Numbered from the whole stretch's first letter, positions 25,476 through 37,313 are shown. The stretch is 60,548 nt of DNA, filler included, from Asterionella formosa (GCA_002256025.1; 11 parts of 11 records of this genome joined end to end with filler, not necessarily neighbours in it); one strand, 5' to 3'. Notes: generated from the letters alone by a model not told the origin. Translations and numbers: made by a program.

Positions 25476-27377
25476 CTATACTTCTGTGGTTCGTAGATTT
25501 CTCCATTGATCCGGCACCATGGCATCGGGCAATTGCATGGGATGTCGAAACGCATTGGGTAAATGAATATCTGTTGTGTAAACTTCATCCACAAATCGCA
25601 TGGCTATTTTTGGAACATTCGACACGTAGGTTTCATCCTCCAATTCCACATCGTACACAGTATTTCCATCGTCATTGACATAACGTTCATGAATGGTACA
25701 TGAAACGCCAGTTTCGCCAGGTTTCCACAACTCATCCGCAATATCCAAAGCTTCGAAATCTTCGGTTCCCAAAGAAGTGTGACAATGAATGAGTATATTG
25801 CTAGGATATGGATCCGTTTCTTGTTCTTCTTGAGTCCGAAACGGTGATTCATGCAACACATCATTCCATGTGGTTGCATTATCATACTGATCGGCATCAT
25901 CAACGGGTACCCACGAGGCAACATGATCGTTCCATGCGGCTTCCCAAGCATCTCCATAGTCCAAGAGCAATTCTTCTCCGGGTTCAATATCCCTTAGTGC
26001 CAGAATGTCCAATGCCAAACCCACCTTGTGACGGTTGATAAATTGTTTAACTTGCAACGTCAAATACATATCTTGATGTCCGATTCTTCCATCCTTGGCC
26101 CATTGTATCTTGACATTTGGATTTTCATGAGAATGATTAATGTATCCCACTCCGGTAGAATACGGACACAACAGCATGGTACTTTCGACATGACCGAAGC
26201 AATAGTTGACCACGAGTTGTTCTCCCACTATCTTGTGCGAATTTCGAGTCCAATGCCAATGTCCTTCCCTCTTATTATAATGCCAGTCCTTTTCATACAT
26301 GGTTACGAGCTTGCTACGAAAGGGTATGTGCAACAATGGAGTTGTTGTGATGAGTTGATCCCTTGACAAGGCACGTGCCGCAAAGGCCCCTCTGCCAGCT
26401 TGAGCTATAGTGGAATATCCAGGGACCATATGATCCAAACAAGTCCCATGTTGTTTCAAAAACTTCAACGAATGTATATGATTGGGTTGATGAAGTCCTA
26501 CCATACCTCTTTTGGCCACCAACTCGGCTTCAGCGTATGTGTTCGGAAATGCATTCATCAATCGTGATTCGTACGGAATGGATTTGATAATGGTCCAAAG
26601 GCTCTCTCGAGCTTCATTGGATGGTAAGGATAGATCGAAAAAAGCTTCAATCATGGATTCGGCTTTTGGATAGTCTTTCGAGAGGGGTACCAATCCAAAT
26701 GAATGTGTACGAAATGAAAACCAAGAATCCCCATAGTCAATGAATAGTTCAGCTCCCACAGGAATAGGCGTTATTGCCCATACGGTGGCATTGTGATAGG
26801 GAGTAATGGCTCCAGCTCCTGGATCTTTGGCTCGATGAAGTCCAGCTGTATCCTGCTCCGGGATTGAGCCATCGATATTAAGTAGCGGAAGCCAACAGTT
26901 GGTCGCACAATAGAGCCCGGGGGCGAAGCCATCATTGTGATGAAACGCTTCTCGCTGCATTCCTAATGCTTGCGCCTGCCATGTGTAATGCTCAAAATGC
27001 GAAAAGCCTGGTTTTTCTCCAAGATGCTGAGGAATGTCAATCATGGGAAATGCTACATCTCCACCAGCAAATTGGTCCATGGGGTTCATGGCCTTGGCCG
27101 TAAACATGCCGAGATTAGCCCCTGGAATGGTGGACGGAGCCAAATATAGGGTGCACTGTTCGTCATTGCTGGCTTCTGGTTCTGTGACAGAGCCACTCGC
27201 ATCAATTTCATAGGATAGTGTAGTGGCATCCGCGGAAATGCATGCCATTGCCGAGAGTAAAAGTAACAATTGCAAAGATGTTCTACTAGCACAAGTGAGT
27301 CCAGCATCTAGCCTCCTTATGACAGTTTCATCCTTTGGAATAGTGCCGCCGTATTTGCTTTGTATGCTCATGGTCAT
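25476..27377 (-). CDS. Tandem SET-domain protein with N-terminal hydrophobic signal (diatom BacSET-like)
   Basis: First ATG at 27377. LQLLLLLSAMACISA hydrophobic stretch. SET1: YLAPSTIPGANLGMF...GAELFIDYG. SET2: GRGAFA...YINHS...ALRDIEPGEELLLDYG. Confidence 0.85.
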   Translation of the reverse strand: MTMSIQSKYGGTIPKDETVIRRLDAGLTCASRTSLQLLLLLSAMACISADATTLSYEIDASGSVTEPEASNDEQCTLYLAPSTIPGANLGMFTAKAMNPMDQFAGGDVAFPMIDIPQHLGEKPGFSHFEHYTWQAQALGMQREAFHHNDGFAPGLYCATNCWLPLLNIDGSIPEQDTAGLHRAKDPGAGAITPYHNATVWAITPIPVGAELFIDYGDSWFSFRTHSFGLVPLSKDYPKAESMIEAFFDLSLPSNEARESLWTIIKSIPYESRLMNAFPNTYAEAELVAKRGMVGLHQPNHIHSLKFLKQHGTCLDHMVPGYSTIAQAGRGAFAARALSRDQLITTTPLLHIPFRSKLVTMYEKDWHYNKREGHWHWTRNSHKIVGEQLVVNYCFGHVESTMLLCPYSTGVGYINHSHENPNVKIQWAKDGRIGHQDMYLTLQVKQFINRHKVGLALDILALRDIEPGEELLLDYGDAWEAAWNDHVASWVPVDDADQYDNATTWNDVLHESPFRTQEEQETDPYPSNILIHCHTSLGTEDFEALDIADELWKPGETGVSCTIHERYVNDDGNTVYDVELEDETYVSNVPKIAMRFVDEVYTTDIHLPNAFRHPMQLPDAMVPDQWRNLRTTEV

Positions 27378-28240
27378 TATATTCCCATACGTAGAGTGCA
27401 CTCCTTGCTTTGAATTGGCAAGGCCGTGATGAACTTTGGTGGCTCACTGCCTTCCGATTCCCGATAGATGATGAGCTTGTTGTATAGTACCAGGTACCAG
27501 GTACNNNNNNNNNNNNNNNNNNNNNNNNNNNNNNNNNNNNNNNNNNNNTTAATTAATTAANNNNNNNNNNNNNNNNNNNNNNNNNNNNNNNNNNNNNNNN
27601 NNNNATGCATGAGCAACTACTCCGGTATAAACTATGATCTTTAATCAATGAATTTAGATTCGTTTATCCTATAACTTTGATCATAACATATTGATCATAT
27701 GATGAACGGTGTCGTTGATGAGAAAATGAACAATCAACATTTATTTTCAAGAATCAGGATCAATTGATCTTAAAAATATGATCAAATGATCCTAAACACA
27801 TGAGCATATTCAGTTTTCCGCTGCACTATTGTGGTATTTCCATGATGGAAGTAATTACCAGCAATTATACAGGACTACCGGTAGGCCATATGAATTTTGG
27901 TCAATATGTCAATATACATAAATGTATGATTTCGACCATTTGAAAAATTGGTGATGACTCCCGTTTATTAAGGGGCTTAATTAAATCAGCCAATGACTTG
28001 TAGGTACAAGAATTGACACAACAAAAATTGAAAATACTCAACAGGTTGTGGAAAACTATGAACTCATCATGCATTGTATATATTTGAATTATGTATAATC
28101 AAAATTGATGAAAGTATACACAGGATGTGCCATATCATGAGGGTGTTTCAAACTATGCAAATGTTCAACTTTATATACATTCAAACTTCTCATAAATCTT
28201 TATATATATGTATTCATGGCTGAAACATTTGAAATCATGT

Positions 28241-28530
28241 TTTCATGTTCCTTGTCATGCATACACTTTGCTCCTGAATTGAAGGATTAACACAGATGAT
28301 GACGCGGAAAACGAAAGTGATAATAAAGCACAATGAGCGATACTTGCGGCTTAGAAGGGAAGGGCGGAATCAATTGATGGTAAGTCAAGAGCAAATGCCT
28401 TTCGTGTTCCTTGTCATGCTGCATCCACTTCCTGAAATGAAGGATCTCAAGCAACGAAAAACTGAAGTGACAATACACCATGCGGCTAAGAAGGAGTGAA
28501 TATGATGGGCGGAGAAGGGCGGAATCAACA
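28241..28530 (+). repeat. Diverged tandem duplication, about 160-bp unit
   Basis: tgttccttgtcatgc...tcctgaa.tgaagga...gaagggcggaatcaa occurs twice. Confidence 0.7.
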
Positions 28531-28770
28531 AGCTGTGTATAGTATCACAGCATGTCAAGAGCATATCCAGGATGATCAATTGTTGAGATTACAATTACGG
28601 AATGACTCGTCCCCTTTCAGCGATTCAATAGCTCCTTTTCGATTTGGTGACTGGTGGCCAACCATCAGTGGCTGTGGACAAGAGAAATCAGTAAGTGCTG
28701 CCTATCAGCCATCTTTGGATCAATCTACAACTGTTAGAAAAACTGACACATATGTGTTGCTTCTTTCAGG

Positions 28771-29080
28771 ATAATGGTAGACAAACAGTAATTGTAAGTT
28801 ACAAACAGCAGTGTTGGAGCCCATTTATTGATCGATACTTTGCTTCTCATTCAATCTTCGACTGACACATTCTTCTACAGAAATATGTATCAATTACTTC
28901 CTCAATTTATGGTAAGTGAAGGCAGATAGAAGCGAAATGAATGTTGTTGTGTAACCAAAACATGAACAGCTGACAATGAAGTGCTTCTCTTTGTTAGTAT
29001 GATTGGGACAACGAAACGAAACGGATTAAATAGTAATAGGAAAATGCGTGAATGCAAACTCAGATCTGTCAGGGGTAAAT
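28771..29080 (+). repeat. Dispersed repeat; near-identical direct copy at 53408-53720
   Basis: ataatggtagacaaacagta...gcagtgttggagcccatttattgatcgatactttgcttctcattcaatcttcgactgacacattc...aggaaaatgcgtgaatgcaaactcaga. Confidence 0.93.
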
Positions 29081-29280
29081 TGAATCATCCTCCTCCTTTC
29101 CTTCGTTAGGTTCTTCCAAAAGAAATCTGGTGATAGGTTTTGCATTCTGTACCAAATCTTCAATTCAGATCATTGAAAACATTGAATATATAACCATTTG
29201 TATGGAACCATCATACATGAAACGAATCTCTATATTCTCACTTGAGTATAAAAAAGTACAGGACCAGCCAGGTACTCTGG

Positions 29281-29308
29281 TACCAGCAAGTTGCGGTCAC
29301 TTTGCTGA
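29281..29308 (+). mobile_element. Solo TIR of the CCAGCAAGTTGCGG MITE family
   Basis: TACCAGCAAGTTGCGGTCACTTTGCTGA matches the TIR at 35691/35789. Confidence 0.7.
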
Positions 29309-32017
29309 AACAGACAATGCCATAAATAGAGAATATCATCAATTCACTCTTTGAGATCGTCAACGTCACGACTTAGTGACATGGGGGTCTCTGCTAATTA
29401 TATTCTTAAACGTGAAAACCGTAAAACATGGGCAAATGGCAAAAAAGCAAATGACAAAGACCAAAAATCATTTTGCTTGCTTTGCTTTATTCTCACCAAA
29501 TTCAAGATAGTTCTCTATTCCAGTCGAAAATATGAAATCACTCATGTAACGGTTTCAAAGTCGTTAGGATTTGAAATTCATAACTGCAAGCCATCGTACC
29601 AACTATCCTATGCAATGGAACTGTTGTGTACTATACCTCATCTAAGCTGCTTATTACGTGAAGTGACCTTGACGTAAATAAGCCTACCAGTAGTTGATTT
29701 TGATTGGATCACATGAATTAGTTGAATAAATCAAAATGCGTATTTGAATATATCAACTATAGTATTTGAATACATCACCTTAATTATTTGATCAGAGTAA
29801 GATGCATGCATTCCTAATCATCACTATATTACGTGATCATCTTCATGTAATTATTTGAAATACTTCATGTAAATCTGTGATTTTGTTCATGTAAGTAAGT
29901 TTTGTTTACATAATTCTGTACTATAGTTCACATATCCTAACAATTCTGTTCACGTAATTCTATAATACAGTTCACATAACACAATAATAATTCTGTCCAC
30001 GTAATTTATTTTTTTAGTCAACGTAATTTTCCAAAGTTCATTGCACTAATTATCTGAAGGCTCGTTCAACTTTTTATCTGAAGGCTGTCCAACTAAAATA
30101 AAAATTCTATACAATAATGTAGTTGACTAATTCAACTATTTCACTCTAAGTGGGAAACCAATCTTGACATGCAATCAAGGCTGTACTTTCAGAACTATGT
30201 AATCTTCAGTTCTAAAAAAGGCAGACATTATGGGACATCTGTATGGACAATGCAAGCAGAGGAGCTGTTCATGCAGAAAGGAACAATTTTCAATCTTGAA
30301 CAGGCATCATTGTGCGTCATTGCAACAGGGATGACCAACATTGGTTTCCTTCTCATCTGTGCAATGCCTTCTTCATCGACCAGCAGAGATTTTCGTAGCA
30401 ACATTGCTTGATTCATTAATCAACTCGATAGAACTAGCTACAACAGAACGCAACACAAACACATGTGCCATTCAACTTTTTCACAGAGCCTTTCAAGAAA
30501 CCAGGAACACACCAGCATCAGTCAGACTGCACCAGACCTCACTCCTGTGTTCAAACGAAAGATCCTATTCTAAAATGGCCTTCTAAAATTTCGAGTAAAT
30601 GTAGAGAACAATAAGAAGATATCAGTGTGAGTTATTTGCCCCCTTTGCTGATATGATGAGAAAAACTTAGATAATTAATCTTACCTTAAAAGCCTCCATT
30701 TGTGGATCACCATGTTGCATGTATCACTCCTGCTTTTAAAAGAAGACTCCTTTCGTGAAAAGGCCTGTTCGAATGTCAAATGAATGTAGAGAACAACAGC
30801 ATACCTATATAATTGATATGATAGCAAAAATAGCATACAAATTCATTTTACCCTAAAAGCATCCAGTGCGTACCTCACTGTTGCATCATTCCACCATTTG
30901 TTGGTGCAACATAGTACTGCAGTACTATCTGAGCTGATGAAGGATTTACTAATAGTGAGGCAGCTGAAAAGCTGGAAGGGAGACACTGATTGTAAGGATT
31001 GACCCCATGTTGGAATTATATCAATCGCTGTGGTGTTGAAATTTTTATAAACTCAGATGCTCAAAAATCCTGGCGCAGCCATCATGATTTCCTCTTTTTA
31101 CCACAGCAACGTAAAATCTCTACAAAAACATCTGGCTCATTCTTGCTGGCTAATAGTATTGTCCGGACTTATTTCTGTGGCTACAAGTGTGACTTTGAAC
31201 AAATACGACAAGAAGGAGAGCGCACAATTAATGGTTTCTGATAATGGCCCAAGCTGGATGACCCACTAGACTTTTTTAGAATTACACAAAAACATCTGGA
31301 TTTGTATTAGTATTGAAAAAACCACCTGATTGAGTTGAATAGTTCATTCTCCATCATGTAATATATATATATATATATATATATATCGTTTCTTCGCCAA
31401 TTAAATATTATCCCAAAAATATCTTGGAAGAATACGAGTGTTAACTCTGGTGCATAATGATAAAATTTTGTTTCATGATCATCTTCTCCTCAGTTTCTGA
31501 ATGATTTGTACATTCCGGGTAATACATTGACGACGAAGACAAGGAGACACTTAGAACAAGCTGGTTTACTGGTGAGCGAGGGATGACTGCCAAATGAATG
31601 ATTTACGCAAAAATTAAAATGTAGAGTTTTATATTGACAATGCGAATTTCTTTTAAGTCTAGCTGCGATATAAACTGTTGCGTCAATTTATGGTGCATCA
31701 GCCAGGATGGCGAAATCTCCTTCCAATGTATCTTCGTCATTTCTCGGGCGATTCATACATTTAGACTTTTACATTGACAATGCGTTATCGGCGATTTATT
31801 TTCGCTGCACTGTTGTAAAATACTTCTACTTATGTATATTGACTAATGAAGGGTCAATGAAAAGGGGGGGCAGAGCAATCATTCCAATCGGGGCGCAATT
31901 CTACAAAAAATGCGCAAAACAAATTGAGGTCTGGTTCACCTAATTCTAGCCTACTTAGAACATATAATATATACCTCCCAGTACACAATTCGATTCGGAA
32001 AAATTGTTTAACAGGAA

Positions 32018-32140
32018 GGACTGTTAGCCTGAGAATCATTGGAGCTGCTTGTGTTTCATGAGAGGCAGTGATCTTTCTAATCGGAAAGACTGTTAGCCTG
32101 AGAATTATTGGAGCTTGTGCTTTATGAGAGGCAGCGACCT
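32018..32140 (+). repeat. Tandem duplication, about 70-bp unit x2
   Basis: gactgttagcctgagaat.attggagct...atgagaggcag occurs twice. Confidence 0.85.
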
Positions 32141-33569
32141 TAAGTGTGGTTACAACTGGAGTGGAACAGAAGGAGTCGGATATAGCAGTAGAACAATATC
32201 AACTTTCGTTTGACTATGTTTTGCGCAACAGTGGAGGTGTTGATGATGGGAAGGAAGGAAGAAGGTGATGGTATGCTCATTTTGAGGATCGGAACTGTTA
32301 AAATATCTGGCTGTGTGGTCCATGTAAATGTAACAACCATAGAAAGTAAACTATGTAATGATGATTTTTATTCTATTCAAATTATAATTATTATAGTGAT
32401 GTGATTTTTTTGGTTTCACAAAATTTTGAGCAGCTGGCCAATGTAGAACAGCATTGGGCGGTGTACCGGCGGTACATTTATACCCAATGTATATATGTAT
32501 ACATGTTCAATTGGTTTCCATAATTTTAACAACAAGGAATTGCATTACTTTGCAATTGTGAGTTTATACTCAACCTTTGTAATACAAACCAAACACATTT
32601 TCTCGAGTACCACCATGAGCCAATCACATGGTATGTTTCCACATAATCCATCCTAAATTTAAGCTACTCAGCACCTGAGTCGCTGCAAATAAATGCAATT
32701 GTTTTCAACCAGAGCAAGTTAGTACCACCTACCAGGTAAGAGTATTCACCATGCAAGTTTTATGAGTTCATTATGGTACTAGGTAGTAAACTTTAAAGCG
32801 GTATTTGTTTGTATATATAGACTATATACCAAAAGTCTACCTAGTAATATCCGAGAAAAAATCCATCTTGTGCGTATTTCGAATCACCTTGTTTCCGCAA
32901 AACACAATTCATTAGAATAGGCAACGGATAGCTTTCAACTTTATGACTCTATCATCATTCAACAACACTTCCAAGCCCTCTTGTTTCAGCCTGTATTGTT
33001 TCCATTGACGTTGNNNNNNNNNNNNNNNNNNNNNNNNNNNNNNNNNNNNNNNNNNNNTTAATTAATTAANNNNNNNNNNNNNNNNNNNNNNNNNNNNNNN
33101 NNNNNNNNNNNNNGTATGTACGTGTGTATGTACCGGAAACAAATAGACTAACATGTACCAGGTCCTAGCTACTAGCTAATACCGATAGCTACTAAAGAGT
33201 GTGTTTTCGGAGATGATACTGGTTCATTCTACATACTACCTGGTACGTCAATGTGGCTGATGTATGACGATTGTTGTTCTGGCTGTTTCAAGTTGACACG
33301 AGTGAAAACGAGCGAATCCTCAACAGATGTTACTCCCGCGCGCCACACCGTGCAATGGTAGTCTACGGTATGTTGGCTTATCATTTTCGGGTCGTGATGC
33401 GAACGCCTTGGAAGCATATAGATCGTCTTGTTGCTCGTTCTTTGCGTCGCAAAAATCATAATGTTGTTCTTCGTTAGCTTCTTTCCTTGTGACACCAACT
33501 ATACAATCATGTTATATAATTTAATCTGTAATTCAGTTCGCAAATCATTACAACACAAATTACATTAGA

Positions 33570-33863
33570 ATGGGTTGCACACATTCTCAAGTCCGTGACG
33601 AATCTGCTCCGGTTGTTCACAAGGATACCTATCGTTCACATGTAAATCAGACAAAAGCGGATACCTATATTTTTCAACAGTGGACAGAAGAAGGATATTC
33701 AATGCCAGAGATTACAATAACGACAAGTCTTGCAGAACCACAGTCTCTTCCTCCTCGTACTAAAAGTCGCTATCCTACTACAGACTCATCATCGTCGAGA
33801 ATGAGTACCAAGAAGAATACTATCAAGCCATTTGGAAAAACTGCATCGCCAGCAGTATTTTGA
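33570..33863 (+). CDS. Small hypothetical protein with MGCxxS dual-acylation N-terminus
   Basis: MGCTHSQV. Single exon, 97 aa, in a gene-dense contig. CAA-rich sequence downstream. Confidence 0.55.
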   Translation: MGCTHSQVRDESAPVVHKDTYRSHVNQTKADTYIFQQWTEEGYSMPEITITTSLAEPQSLPPRTKSRYPTTDSSSSRMSTKKNTIKPFGKTASPAVF

Positions 33864-34441
33864 TCTCCCAAGGACAATACTAACAACTGTACAGCAACAA
33901 CAAGTACAATGCTAACAACAAGAACAACAACAACAACAACAAACCGACACCATCTTATATTACTTTTATTATTGCTGATGAGAGATTGAATAAGGCTGTA
34001 TAGTAGTAGCACTGTGAATGAACAAGTACCCTACGTTGTCGTCATGGTCTTAATAATGACAATCGAATAGGAAATGGAAAACGGAAACGGAATTGGAACG
34101 AAGCATTGATGAATGAACCATGTTGTCCCATACATGGCATACATATATACATAATATACAATTAGAAGTTTATAGATAACACCTAAATAGTATTTATAGA
34201 GCAAACCAATGACATATCATGCATGGAACCAACCACCGGTACTGGAACCGGTAGTGGCAAAATAACTATTTCTTGTGTTGAGACAATGCTACATCTATTC
34301 TCATCCATGATGCTATTTGTGTATGCACACAAGTGAATGCCAAGTGCCACTACTATTATTTATCAATCGAATTTGAGAGCAGCATGTAGTATATAAATAT
34401 ATAACATCAACATCATTTTCACTGCCAGTACAATGACTTAG

Positions 34442-35167
34442 TTACAAGTATTCGACATGTGGCTTGATTGCATTGTACACCTGTTCAACTGCTACATCTG
34501 TTTCAATAGTCACCAATTTGTCCTTGTACAAGTCCACAATCGGTTTTGATTCTTGTTGAAATGTTTGAAATCTCTTTCGAATGACCGACAATTCATCATC
34601 TTGACGTCCACTGGTCCTTCCCCGTTCCAACAATCGTCCCACCAAGACTTCTTCTGGACAGACCAAGTTGAGTACCAATTTGACAATGATATTGTTGTTG
34701 TTGTTGTTGTTCTTTTGGAGGATGGCATCATTCCATGCATCGACATTCTCTTGAGATCTTGGAAAGCCATCGACCAGTACTTTCTCATGTCCCACCATGG
34801 CAGCTAGTAATAAGGCAACAGTAATTTCCGAGGGTACCAATTGTCCTGCTGAGATTCGTTGTTCAATTAATGCTGCAGAGGGTCCTTTTTGGATACGTTC
34901 GGCACGTAACAAATCACCAGCGGATAGATGAATCCATCCTAATCGTTGAGATAGTAATTGACAAAGTGTCCCCTTGCCAGCACCAGGACCGCCCAAAACA
35001 AAAACAACTGTAGTAGTAGTAGTAGCGGTAGTAGCAGTCGAAGTCGAAGTTGTAGTGGTAGTCGTCAAATTTCGCTGTTTTTGATAAAATGTAAACAAGG
35101 CTGCTGTTCCGAGAAAGAGAGTGATGGAGACAGGACAAAAGGACAAGACACTGGTCGAAAAAGGCAT
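34442..35167 (-). CDS. CMPK: UMP-CMP kinase (adenylate kinase family) with N-terminal hydrophobic anchor
   Basis: VFVLGGPGAGKGT, HLSAGDLLR, LVDGFPRS, GRTSGRQDD. Confidence 0.92.
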   Translation of the reverse strand: MPFSTSVLSFCPVSITLFLGTAALFTFYQKQRNLTTTTTTSTSTATTATTTTTVVFVLGGPGAGKGTLCQLLSQRLGWIHLSAGDLLRAERIQKGPSAALIEQRISAGQLVPSEITVALLLAAMVGHEKVLVDGFPRSQENVDAWNDAILQKNNNNNNNIIVKLVLNLVCPEEVLVGRLLERGRTSGRQDDELSVIRKRFQTFQQESKPIVDLYKDKLVTIETDVAVEQVYNAIKPHVEYL

Positions 35168-35690
35168 AGTGTTGGTGGTGATGGATTCAGTACAGGTGTT
35201 TGTAATGATTATTAGTTTCAGAAATGTATTATGTGTTTTGTTAGTATGTTCATTGGTATTATTAAGGTACCATGTAGTACCAGGTATGTACCGTCACCAG
35301 GTTACCTCGTAGCTATACTTAAGTCATTGCACGTATGACACTCATACCGGAATATAGTTCGGTACCTGGTACCGGTACTACCGATAAATGACATGTGTTT
35401 GCAACAATTTAATTCTCCGACAGGGAAGGCCCAGCCAGAAAAAACGTTTCGAAATAAAGAAAGGTTAAGCTAAATATCTCGATTTTTACAGGACCTTCCA
35501 GTGGAACAAGTCATGCCTGTGGCTGACCCAGCGGTTTTGGCAACGGAGATCAAGTCCCCATGCATTGTTGTTCAGTATTTGTATCCACGATGCCGGCGGT
35601 CCTATGTGCCCGTAGAATTCAAATGTATATATATCCGGGGTATATTTTTCAAAAATCATGACCACTTTTGGGTGGAGGATTTTCCATGGT

Positions 35691-35789
35691 TACCTGCAAG
35701 TTGCGGTAATTTTGCTGAGATTAAAGATTTAGCTATCTTTATCCCAGATTGAAATGTTATTCAAGCAAAATGACCGCAACTTGCTGGTA
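35691..35789. mobile_element. MITE with about 26-bp TIRs and TA flanks
   Basis: TACCTGCAAGTTGCGGTAATTTTGCT ... AGCAAAATGACCGCAACTTGCTGGTA (2 mismatches). Confidence 0.85.
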
Positions 35790-35972
35790 CTGGTCGTCTT
35801 GACAAGCGCAGTCATTGGATAGCTTCGCTCATTTTTCTTCCATTTCCTGTTGCGCACATCAGAAATAGACTACCGGTACATACAGACTCTATGCTTCTGC
35901 TGTTGTATATACCTATTGTATAGTCCCAGCACTAGCACTAGCACCAGCATCCATTCCATCCCCTTTCCCACG

Positions 35973-37313
35973 ATGATGAAATCCCCTGTACGAATATCTC
36001 TGCTGCTTCTATTGCAACTCCTTCCATGCTTCTACTGCGACAACAGCAGCAGTGTCCTCGACAATGATCATCCGGACCCCAACGAGGAGCATTATGAAAA
36101 CATGGTGTACGTTGGACGACACTTACATGATGACACGACACGTCGTGTTGGATTTCACATGGACAATACAGTTCGCTATATTTTCGGGACTTCGTTTGAT
36201 GAAACACACAAGGTGACCATTCAAGACATTCATTTGTTGCACCGTGATGGTGACACGCCACTTGAGGACTTGCCACAGCAGGATCGTCGACATTTACAAG
36301 TGGATCCAGAGGGACCAAAGCCATTTGGACATGTCAATGAACACGTACTTGATGGCGGTGTCGTGCCTCCAAAGGTTGTAGCTGTAGATCCATTCTTTAT
36401 GGATACAACTCTTGTGACAAACAAGGAATTTGGAAAATTTGTTAGAGCCACCATGTATGAGACAGAAGCGGAGCACTATGGATGGTCCTTTGTCCTGTCC
36501 AGCTTTTTGCCAAAGTCAGAAGCTCTACTGGCAGCAGAACGAGATCCAGAAGCACAACATTGGGTAGCAACGACTGGGGCCTATTGGAGACGACCAGAGG
36601 GGCCAGAGACATCGTACAAGTACAGAGAACATCATCCTGTAGTGCATGTGTCACATCGCGATGCTGCAGAATATTGTACTTGGGTAGGGAAACGACTTGC
36701 GGGGGAAAGAGAATGGGAGGCAGCGGCGAGGGCAGGACATTATGGTCCCAACAACAGGACACTCTATACATGGGGTGACTCACAAGACTGGGATGTGGCC
36801 AAGAAATATGCGAATCTATGGGGTGCGGGATTATTCCCCTCAGTCAATTTGGCAGAAGATGGGTGGAGAGGAACATCTCCAGTAAAAACGTACCCACCAA
36901 ATGCATTGGGTTTTTATGATATGACAGGGAATGTTTGGGAATGGATGAGAGGAGGGAAACACAAGGCAAGAATTGTTAGAGGGGGGTCATTTGTTGATTC
37001 GCTGGATGGATCCTTCAATCATGCTGCCACCTTGGGAGCAAGATCGACTTTACATGGGACGACCACCACGGGCAATGTTGGATTCAGGTGTGTCAAGTCA
37101 CCCAAACGAAAAGTTGAACACCACTGGGTGTATCATGATGAAGAAGTGCATGGGGCCTTGGGAATAGAAGATGAATTTGGAGCTCAAGATCATGTGCCGC
37201 TCAAAGGGTGGGAGGACCAATTTGAAGAGGATAATGATGAAGACGAAGAAGGAGTGAAACGAAAAAAGAAAAAGGTCATCAAACCAAGAACTATTATTTC
37301 CAATGAATTGTAA
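35973..37313 (+). CDS. SUMF2: Formylglycine-generating-enzyme family, non-catalytic SUMF2/pFGE-like, ER-luminal
   Basis: Signal peptide. VTNKEFGKFV, HPVVHVSHRDAAEYC, EREWEAAAR, DMTGNVWEW, RGGSFVDSLDGSFNH, NVGFRC. C-terminal SNEL. Confidence 0.82.
   Translation: MMKSPVRISLLLLLQLLPCFYCDNSSSVLDNDHPDPNEEHYENMVYVGRHLHDDTTRRVGFHMDNTVRYIFGTSFDETHKVTIQDIHLLHRDGDTPLEDLPQQDRRHLQVDPEGPKPFGHVNEHVLDGGVVPPKVVAVDPFFMDTTLVTNKEFGKFVRATMYETEAEHYGWSFVLSSFLPKSEALLAAERDPEAQHWVATTGAYWRRPEGPETSYKYREHHPVVHVSHRDAAEYCTWVGKRLAGEREWEAAARAGHYGPNNRTLYTWGDSQDWDVAKKYANLWGAGLFPSVNLAEDGWRGTSPVKTYPPNALGFYDMTGNVWEWMRGGKHKARIVRGGSFVDSLDGSFNHAATLGARSTLHGTTTTGNVGFRCVKSPKRKVEHHWVYHDEEVHGALGIEDEFGAQDHVPLKGWEDQFEEDNDEDEEGVKRKKKKVIKPRTIISNEL

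Noticed and set aside
30560..31260. Decayed minus-strand exon-like repeats and Cys/His pattern (PHD-like?)
   Set aside because: Too many stops and indels to support a call.
31360..31386. (TA)n microsatellite, and (CAA)n near 33893-33941
   Set aside because: Ordinary simple repeats.
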